From an uncultured Candidatus Poseidoniales archaeon (lineage in GTDB: Archaea; Thermoplasmatota; Poseidoniia; Poseidoniales; CAYMED01): 16,836 bases of DNA. Below, piece by piece: positions 1 through 7,038 of the stretch. A program made the translations under genes and the position numbers. The notes under the pieces are model-generated. The model saw only the letters and a program-made list of their open reading frames with translations. It ran no database searches and was not told the origin of the DNA. Positions within the stretch are counted from its first letter, which is position 1. Every line of letters starts with the position of its first letter. The stretch is from contig CAYMED010000030.1 in NCBI GenBank assembly GCA_964389655.1, forward strand, positions 1-16,836, written 5' to 3'.

Positions 1-1306
1 CTCGCATGATTGCAGCGACCAAGGCGAAGGTCAACACATTGTTCACCACGGTTGGACGGCCATATAGTCCAGATTGTGTAGGATAAGGCGGGCGTGCCCT
101 TACTTCACCGCGCCTACCTTCCAGACTCTCCAGTAGTGCAGTTTCTTCACCGCATACATATGAGCCGGCGCCGAGGGCGATTGTGATATCAAAATGGCTC
201 CCTAAGATTCCCTCATCGCGAGCATCCTGTAGTGCGGATTCGAGAATTATCTTTGCATTAGGATATTCGCTGCGAAGATACACCCATCCATATCGTGAAC
301 CTATGGCCTTGGCGCAAATGGCCATCCCTTCTATCATAGCATGAGGGTCTCCTTCGATGATCATTCTGTCGATGAATGTACCAGCATCTCCTTCGTCTGC
401 ATTTGCTACAACATACTTCACATCGTCCTCTTCCGCAGCAGCAGAGCCCCATTTGAAATGAGTAGGGAAACCAGCACCACCTCGTCCTCTCAATCCAGCA
501 GTTTTGATTTCAGCAAGGATTCCTTCTGTACCAACTTCATTCGCCTTGCCAAGGCCTGAATAGGAACCGCGCCCCCGCAATCCAGCAATGTCGAGAGGAT
601 TGACTTCACCTAGATTAGCCATCGCGAAACGCCGTTGAACAGAAAATGCTGGTAATTCAGATATCTTGCCCAAGGATTTCGCATGTTTGGAGGCATCACC
701 AGAACTGATCTGCACAAGAATCTCTGACAATTCATCTGAATCGATGGGGCCAAATCCATGTCTTTCTCCGTCGATATCCAACTCCAGCATCGGTTCTAGA
801 TTGAAGATTCCACGGCTACCTGTTCGAATAAGAGCTGAATCATCAGGAGCATTTTGTAGTAATGCGATTGCTATATCTTCACTCCCTTTGTCCATGCTCA
901 TACTATCTTGGCTGATGTAGAATTGCAACCCAGAACCTTCTCTAGAAACTGGAATGACGTATGGCTCATCATCTCGCACTACTGCGGGGCCACTGGCGCA
1001 GAGTCCTGCACAGTGTAGCGAGCCAACGTTTTCTCCAGCAGATTCCAATTCGGCGATGACGTTGACAGCACCGCGAGCACGGCAGGCTTCGCCAGTACAG
1101 ACTCGAACAGTCGACTCCTCAGGTTTGAGTTCCGCATAGTAACCTATGGCGCCTTTCACTTTGGCTGCTGTAGTGCCAGTGATAGAGGCTATTTCCAGGA
1201 TTCTTTCCGTGCTTGGTTCTCCCTTTGTTCTAACTTCTTCTTTCAACATATCTAGAAGTTCATGGCCGGGGCGAGCAGGGTCCCAATCTTTCCCTATAGG
1301 ATTCAT
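1..1306 (-). CDS. fdsB: Fused NAD-dependent formate dehydrogenase gamma+beta subunit (FdsG-FdsB; NuoE/NuoF-like), 3' end runs off the window
   Basis: Hand translation from ATG at 1306 gives an open frame to the window edge (435 codons): MNPIGKDWDP... The N-terminal NuoE-like [2Fe-2S] motif is CTGEAC-X23-CAGLC. It is followed by an FdsB-type N-domain (IRTGSRGIFNLEPMLELDIDGERHGFGP) and NuoF motifs GLRGRGGAGFPT, NADEGDAGTFIDR, YLRSEYP, GAGSYVCGEETALLESLEG and PTVVNNVLT. Confidence 0.9.
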   Translation of the reverse strand, partial: MNPIGKDWDPARPGHELLDMLKEEVRTKGEPSTERILEIASITGTTAAKVKGAIGYYAELKPEESTVRVCTGEACRARGAVNVIAELESAGENVGSLHCAGLCASGPAVVRDDEPYVIPVSREGSGLQFYISQDSMSMDKGSEDIAIALLQNAPDDSALIRTGSRGIFNLEPMLELDIDGERHGFGPIDSDELSEILVQISSGDASKHAKSLGKISELPAFSVQRRFAMANLGEVNPLDIAGLRGRGSYSGLGKANEVGTEGILAEIKTAGLRGRGGAGFPTHFKWGSAAAEEDDVKYVVANADEGDAGTFIDRMIIEGDPHAMIEGMAICAKAIGSRYGWVYLRSEYPNAKIILESALQDARDEGILGSHFDITIALGAGSYVCGEETALLESLEGRRGEVRARPPYPTQSGLYGRPTVVNNVLTFALVAAIMR

Positions 1307-1310
1307 AACT

Positions 1311-1319
1311 TCACCACCT
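1311..1319 (-). promoter_or_regulatory. Shine-Dalgarno site of fdsG-fdsB
   Basis: Minus strand reads TAGGTGGTGAAGTTATG: an AGGTGGTGA element 4 nt before the ATG, overlapping the TAG stop of the upstream fragment, which suggests an operon arrangement. Confidence 0.7.
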
Positions 1320-1389
1320 AAACAATGCCCTCATCCTTCCGTATATGGATTACTTTGTCAATGTTCTTCAGAATCATTGTTCCGTCCCC
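1318..1389 (-). pseudogene. C-terminal remnant of a P-II-like (GlnB/GlnK fold) protein or domain
   Basis: GDGTMILKNIDKVIHIRKDEGIV* aligns without gaps to the P-II C-terminal consensus GDGKIFVxxVExVIRIRTGE. Sequence upstream of GDG is the antisense of the YdeP-like gene. Confidence 0.5.
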
Positions 1390-2122
1390 TTGCTTAGGGC
1401 GAACTGAAATTGATCCAGCAGGTTTTGTGTCTGTCGAGAATTCGATGGGGGTAGTGCATTCATCCACTGGAAAAATCCCTCCGGCCTCACCTGAACTTCT
1501 CAGTGAACCGGCCATCATTTGTGCGATTGGAACAGCCTGCTTTGGAGATGCTCCGTTTGATTGGCGGCGTTTTTCCGACAATCATGATACGACCCGTGAA
1601 TTAATCGAATCAGTCATACCTGGATTTACAGATTACAATGTGCGCGTTCGCGAACAAGGTGGGTTTTACCTTCCGAATGGTCCGCGCGACGGACCAACTT
1701 GGAATACACCGTCTGGAAAAGCTCTTTTCCATGCACACTCGCTCGATGAAAAAACGATTGCAGAAGATCGGTTCGTGCTGATGACGGTGCGAAGTCACGA
1801 TCAGTACAATACCACCATCTATGGTATGGATGATCGATATCGTGGAATCTACAATTCACGTCGAATTGTGATGATGAATCTTGATGACATGCAGCGGCTC
1901 GGATTGTCGGCTATGGACGAGGTTGATTTGACGAGTCATCATGATGGTCGGCAGATTCACGCAGAGAAATGGAAGGTGGTTCCGTATGAAATTCCGAAAG
2001 GGAACCTTGCAGCATATTTCCCCGAAGCAAATGTGTTGGTCCCCCTCGATTCAGTGGCCAAAGGTAGCAACACCCCGACCTCAAAATGGGTGGAAGTGAG
2101 TCTCAAACCTCACAAGGGTTGA
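1388..2122 (+). pseudogene. 5'-truncated FdhF/YdeP-family molybdopterin oxidoreductase (C-terminal ~245 aa incl. molybdopterin dinucleotide-binding domain)
   Basis: Family motifs PCLGRTEID, VSVENSMGVVHSS, LSEPAII, GGFYLPN, LMTVRSHDQYNTTIYGMDDRYRGI, AAYFPEANVLVP and SNTPTSK. Homology starts abruptly at PCLG (1388). The Fe-S/Mo-ligand N-terminal two-thirds is absent. Confidence 0.85.
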
Positions 2123-2253
2123 AATCACAAATAGTGTGCAAATAGGTAACTCATTCACTACCTTCCATCTCTGACCCGGTGCCGACTATTCAACGGTGCT
2201 GATCATGTTGACCATGGTGACAATTATTGTATAACGAACCCTTGGCGTGATTC

Positions 2254-3024
2254 ATGGGATATGCGGTCTCAAAGTCGATTGACGAGGAGGAGAAAACCAT
2301 CACATGGACCATTTCTCCCGAAACCATTCGCATTTACACCTATCTCAATTTCTGGCTGTTGGTGCTGGTTGGATGGTGGTTGACGACTCATCATTCTCAC
2401 GTTGATCTGCAAGATAATCTCTTGAAAGATTTAATCGGATTCAACAGTATTTGTGTCTATTTCGATCACCCTCCATCGAACTATGTCCTTCCAGCCATAT
2501 GGGCCATAAACTATCTCTTCCTGATGTCCTATGCCTACACCAGTTGGCTTCGCGTTCATCAGAAATTCCTGCTCGGTGAAGCGAAATCTCAGAACTATTG
2601 GTTCTTCACGATATGCACGGGAATTGAAGTCGTGAGCTTTTCCATCTTCACCACCATCTTCGCAGTTGGTCCCGATGAAAGCCTGCTGGTGCACATGCTT
2701 CCGTTTACGGGGTTGGTGTTGGGTCTCTCGATTCTCAGTATCAAGAATTTCTTTTACTACAACATGACAATTGAATTCACTCGATTCGAGTTCCGATTTG
2801 CCATTGTCCTGACGATCGTGCACTTGATTGTGAGCATCGTCAAATTGGTTTTTCATTTCAACATCCTTTTCGGAGAATCGCTGTTTCTGACTCACGATCA
2901 CGTGTTTCTCCACAGGTTCGTTGGTGGAAGTGTCTGGATGCTTACAGCTGCCATTATTCCTATTTTCACTGCACTGAAACTTCGTGGCCGTGCTCCGAAA
3001 CTAGTTTTCAGAACAACCTATTGA
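2254..3024 (+). CDS. Hypothetical polytopic membrane protein (~6 TM)
   Basis: 256-aa ORF with about six hydrophobic segments. An AT-rich TATA-like element (ttgtataa, 2227-2234) lies ~20-27 nt upstream of the ATG, consistent with a leaderless transcript. Confidence 0.8.
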   Translation: MGYAVSKSIDEEEKTITWTISPETIRIYTYLNFWLLVLVGWWLTTHHSHVDLQDNLLKDLIGFNSICVYFDHPPSNYVLPAIWAINYLFLMSYAYTSWLRVHQKFLLGEAKSQNYWFFTICTGIEVVSFSIFTTIFAVGPDESLLVHMLPFTGLVLGLSILSIKNFFYYNMTIEFTRFEFRFAIVLTIVHLIVSIVKLVFHFNILFGESLFLTHDHVFLHRFVGGSVWMLTAAIIPIFTALKLRGRAPKLVFRTTY

Positions 3025-3155
3025 ACAAGATCTGGGCCAAGTCCGGGAGTTCATCACTCCCCCGAATGCAAGGTTCAAGCAGCTGAAATTGAGTTGCGAT
3101 AAGCCGTTTTCCGTCTAAAGTTGACACCAACCCTTACCGGCTGGATGCTCCTTGT

Positions 3156-3836
3156 TCAGTCGAAGAACTCGCAGATATCATCCAGTGATTTACGGCTGAT
3201 GTTCGGAACCATCGCGTCCTTTGCTGGGTAGCCTACTGGCATTAGCAGCATAGCATGCTCATGGTCTGGTCTTCCAAGCAGTTCGCGCAGAAAACCCATC
3301 GGTGAAGGCGTGTGTGTGAGGGTGGTCAATCCCATGTTGTGGATTGCGGCGATGAACAGACCTGCAGCAATCCCACATGATTCCTGTGCGTAGTAGGTTG
3401 GCGCCAAATTTCCATTGCTTCGCTTCCTCTGAGAGTGCCTAAACAGCACTAGGATCCAAGGTGCGTCGGTGATGTGGTCCTTGACATGGTCTGTGCCTAA
3501 CGGGTCTAGAACCTCTTCCCAAGCCTTGGGCATCCTCTCCTCGTAAAACTTCTTTTCTTCAGCTTCGGCGGCTTCACGAATTTTGGCCTTTAACTCAGGA
3601 TTAGAGACTGCAATGAAGGTCCAAGGCTGAAGATGAGCGCCTGAGGGTGCTGTACTAGCGGTCTTGATAGCCAATTCGATCAGGCTGCGCGGCACTTTTC
3701 TGCTTGAGAAATGACGCGTGGTCCGGCGTCTCTTCATCTCTTCGTGGAACGAGACTGCACGCGAGAACATTTCACTGTGAGGGTACTCCTCGAAGGCGAG
3801 CGGGATGAAACCCGGCTCTAGGTCACCTCCCTCCAT
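3156..3836 (-). CDS. Nitroreductase-superfamily flavoprotein, iodotyrosine deiodinase (IYD) type
   Basis: Motifs RRTTRHFS, TAPSGAHLQPWTF, IREAAEAEEKKFY, LGTDHVK, ESCGIAAG, LTHTPSPM and PVGYPA...VPNISRKSL. The IYD substrate-binding Glu/Tyr/Lys and the flavin-N5 Thr are present. Confidence 0.88.
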   Translation of the reverse strand: MEGGDLEPGFIPLAFEEYPHSEMFSRAVSFHEEMKRRRTTRHFSSRKVPRSLIELAIKTASTAPSGAHLQPWTFIAVSNPELKAKIREAAEAEEKKFYEERMPKAWEEVLDPLGTDHVKDHITDAPWILVLFRHSQRKRSNGNLAPTYYAQESCGIAAGLFIAAIHNMGLTTLTHTPSPMGFLRELLGRPDHEHAMLLMPVGYPAKDAMVPNISRKSLDDICEFFD

Positions 3837-3948
3837 GTTTTGTCTCAGCCGCGTTGTCCCATCAATGCTGCCGTAGTGTCAGGACATTGATTTGGGCTTA
3901 CAATTCGCGCTTACACTTACAGCCGCTGAAAGCCATACAATTTTCGAT

Positions 3949-6255
3949 TTAAGATAGCAATGCTTCAATTCCAATAATGATCAACCATGCTGCACTTGGG
4001 ACGAGGAGTGCAGCGTACAGGCGGCGAGCACCAGGCGCCCACCACCGTCCAAAAATTCGCCCTATGGACCCAGTCAACGAGCCCAGGAACCGCAGTGTAG
4101 CCACCAATATTCCTAGCATGAACAAGCACAATAGCAAGATTAGCATGCCTAAGAAGAAGGCACTCCCCCCTGATACTATTGCTCCGAGAATTCCTACGGT
4201 GATAATTTCTGACGATGAGATCCAAAGTGCACATGAAAGCCAGATCCCTGCGAGCAGTGCCTCTTCGATTTTCTCGACTTCAATGTGTTCTGCTAATGCA
4301 TCCTCAAGGCGGTTATGGATTGTGTTTGAGAATTTCCGGGCTCCAGGTATGCTTCCTTTCCATGCTGTGATTCCAGCTAGGAGACACAATATCCCCCCTC
4401 CTACAATATCGAGGTAAGGGGCGTTAGGTCCACTAAGCCCTGCAGCCCCTGCAATGGTCAATGGAATTATCAGCAATCCTGCTCCAAACATTCCGACTGC
4501 TGTATCCACTGCAATTGTCGATCCAGGGATTATTGCTTTTTCAGGTGGTGTCCAAACACGTTGAGGGAGCAACCAGCAAAGAATGGCTGGGCCTGCAATC
4601 CACAGCAGGGTGAAGATGTTCAGTGGTGTATATCCACTTCCACTTGAAATGCCTGTAACTACTTCTTCGACTTCAGTCGTACCTGCACTTCCTGATCGGG
4701 AGAGGATCACATTTCCAGCTGGATCAATCACAATCACCCCGTCACTGGATCCAGTTGGCAATTGCCTGCTCATGGTCTCTCCCGTTTCATCAATTAGGAT
4801 TGGCCAAGCCCCGTCTACATACGTCGCGTGAGCATTGATATCTTCCGCAGTTCGTTCAGCTCCCGTGATCAACTGTGCTACTTGCACTCGATCGCGCATT
4901 AGGTCTTGGATTTGGATAAGATCACCAACTTGTCGAAGATCATTTGATGATCCTGCCTGCACAACTCCTAGTACAAGAGCCTCCTTTCCATCAAGTAAGC
5001 TATCAAGTGTAACTGTATCATTGCTGTGAGAAAGTAAACGAAGACTTGGTGATGCCGTTGGGGGTTCAGGCCTTGCACCCAAAGGATCGAGAGCGAATAC
5101 GAGCGGAAGCATGAGTAGGACTAGTGTCAGATGTCCCAATCCCAATTGTAGTGGCAATCCTTTCGAAAAAATAGCGAAAATCATCCAACCAATCCCTGTT
5201 AGAGTTAGAATGGGGATAATCACCCAACTAGCTGAAAATCCGCTAGAATCTCCCCCGTCTACTCGTACGTGAATGATTCCATCAATCACTCCTCCATCTA
5301 TGAGGGTAAGGTGGATTTCGGCAACCCAATCCCCTTCCGAAAGACTCCGCTCAGACCACCATGCTTGTGCTGTGGATCCATCAACGAGAATTCTTTCTCG
5401 TGGTTCTGTTCGGATTGAGATAACTTCAAGATCGTCCGCTCTTGAATTTGCAAAAGCATCTTCAGGGCTTTCTAATGGACCAAAAATGGTAATTCCGGTT
5501 TCAATCACATCGGCCTGCATCCAGGGTGATCGTAATTGCAATTCAAGTCGCGGATGTGCAAGGTCATCTACTCGAAATGTCAGATTTGGTTTTACGAGTT
5601 CTGTATGGAATTGCAGGCCACTTGGCGCTTGAAATCCTCCCCAATATAGGCGTGCTGGAGCATTACAGAGGTGTTCCACACTGATGACAAGTTCAATAGT
5701 TGCGTTTTCGGGAATGACAATATCAAGAATTTGTTCTTCGATTAAGAATTCTTGTGGGTCTGCACTGGTTCGCGATTGAATCGGATCAGAAGGAGTTTCG
5801 CCCTGCCACCGTTCTTGCCCCTCAATTTCGATAGAAACGAAGAACCGAGTTGTTTGAGATCCAAAACAATTGCCAATGGGCAATGATGAATCCAGTGCAG
5901 CATACAATTGTACACTAAGGTTCCCTGTAATGTTCATGGTCGTAGTTGCTGGCTGTGATGTTGCCCGAATGACTTCAGAATTTGTTGTACTAATGAATCG
6001 TGTTGAACCACTGCTGCCCGGTGCATCTGGTGGGCTTCGTGATAGGTTGACATCGAATTCATCGGTTCCTGCGAGATATATTCCATGGGACTCAGGTACA
6101 TCCCAGATCTCTCCAATTAGTTCGGAATTGGATGCTGTCCACGCCGATGATGGCATCGCCAATAGTAGGACGATGAGTGAAAGGCCGAAGCCCGCAGCCG
6201 TCCGAGCGCCCCTACGGTCTTGCGCCATCAACTGCCCCCATACTTGTTCGCTCAT
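3949..6255 (-). CDS. Large membrane protein: signal peptide, extracellular beta-rich domain, TM hairpin, thioredoxin/redoxin-like domain lacking CxxC, C-terminal multi-TM domain
   Basis: 768-aa ORF (start may be the second Met, 6228). Redoxin-like pattern PSLRLLSHSNDTVTLDSL..LVLGV..WPILIDETG...DGVIVIDPAGNVI, then about six hydrophobic helices. Confidence 0.75.
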   Translation of the reverse strand: MSEQVWGQLMAQDRRGARTAAGFGLSLIVLLLAMPSSAWTASNSELIGEIWDVPESHGIYLAGTDEFDVNLSRSPPDAPGSSGSTRFISTTNSEVIRATSQPATTTMNITGNLSVQLYAALDSSLPIGNCFGSQTTRFFVSIEIEGQERWQGETPSDPIQSRTSADPQEFLIEEQILDIVIPENATIELVISVEHLCNAPARLYWGGFQAPSGLQFHTELVKPNLTFRVDDLAHPRLELQLRSPWMQADVIETGITIFGPLESPEDAFANSRADDLEVISIRTEPRERILVDGSTAQAWWSERSLSEGDWVAEIHLTLIDGGVIDGIIHVRVDGGDSSGFSASWVIIPILTLTGIGWMIFAIFSKGLPLQLGLGHLTLVLLMLPLVFALDPLGARPEPPTASPSLRLLSHSNDTVTLDSLLDGKEALVLGVVQAGSSNDLRQVGDLIQIQDLMRDRVQVAQLITGAERTAEDINAHATYVDGAWPILIDETGETMSRQLPTGSSDGVIVIDPAGNVILSRSGSAGTTEVEEVVTGISSGSGYTPLNIFTLLWIAGPAILCWLLPQRVWTPPEKAIIPGSTIAVDTAVGMFGAGLLIIPLTIAGAAGLSGPNAPYLDIVGGGILCLLAGITAWKGSIPGARKFSNTIHNRLEDALAEHIEVEKIEEALLAGIWLSCALWISSSEIITVGILGAIVSGGSAFFLGMLILLLCLFMLGILVATLRFLGSLTGSIGRIFGRWWAPGARRLYAALLVPSAAWLIIIGIEALLS

Positions 6256-6282
6256 GAACGCGATGCCTTCTAGTAACGATAT

Positions 6283-7038
6283 TCAGAGTATGAGTAGGGC
6301 TGCAATAACAGCACTTGCAGCAATCGCAAGAACATTTACAGTTCCTTTGTTAATCAATCCTCGATTCTCAAAGAGAGAACCTAGAATGCTATCAATCTGA
6401 CAACCTAGCCACCCACACAGTCCAATGAGTGCCCATGTCTCAAAATCCCCCCATCCCCCAGAGGATATTTTTGTCAGAATCGATGCGATTCCTATGATTA
6501 TTGCAGCACCTCCTGCGGCAGCAATTTGGCCCGTAATGCTGAATCCTCCATTGTCACCTACTTCGCAGCGGCGCAGTGAGGTGATCATCCACACGCGCTT
6601 ATCGAGACATCCTACTTCAGATGCCCAAGTGTCAGCGGCAGCAGCAGCAACAGCGGCCACAAAAAGTGGCCAAATGCTTGTCCAATCAGAACTAGCCCAT
6701 GCTGCTATGGCCAACATTCCGGGTATCCCTCCATTTGCAAGAACATTTTCCCAACCCCGTTGCCCATCCTCGCTTTCAGCAACATGTGCCAATTTTTTCT
6801 TTTCAATTGCAACTTTTGTTAGCAAATCACTCGAAATCAAGAACGCAATTATGAGTGTGAGCCAAGCCCAATTACCTAGCAAACCTACAATCAATCCTAG
6901 CCCGGCAGCTCCAAATAAGCCTCCTTTGTTGAGGGAGTGGCGCATTCCTGACAGAAGAAGCAGCCCTCCAACGATTAGGATTGAGATCCATGTCTCACTG
7001 CCCAATGTCGGGCCCCCCGTCATTGCAGGTAGAGTCAT
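6283..7038 (-). CDS. DUF92 / TMEM19 family membrane protein
   Basis: Motifs GQRGWENVLANGG, AADTWASEVG, NGGFSITG, GCQIDSILGSLFE and VNVL. 4-bp ATGA overlap with prsW. Confidence 0.92.
   Translation of the reverse strand: MTLPAMTGGPTLGSETWISILIVGGLLLLSGMRHSLNKGGLFGAAGLGLIVGLLGNWAWLTLIIAFLISSDLLTKVAIEKKKLAHVAESEDGQRGWENVLANGGIPGMLAIAAWASSDWTSIWPLFVAAVAAAAADTWASEVGCLDKRVWMITSLRRCEVGDNGGFSITGQIAAAGGAAIIIGIASILTKISSGGWGDFETWALIGLCGWLGCQIDSILGSLFENRGLINKGTVNVLAIAASAVIAALLIL

Noticed and set aside
1325-1387. N-terminus (MPSSFRIW...) of the 265-aa plus ORF
   Set aside because: No family similarity before PCLG; it is the antisense of the P-II-like tail across the junction.
258-1397. Short ORFs 258-452 (Cys-rich), 341-559, 666-920, 954-1139 and 1146-1397
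   Set aside because: Alternative-frame or antisense shadows of the fdsG-fdsB gene.
1318-1581. 87-aa minus-strand ORF as a complete gene
   Set aside because: Residues upstream of GDG are the antisense of conserved YdeP-family coding sequence; only the last ~23 codons look genuine.
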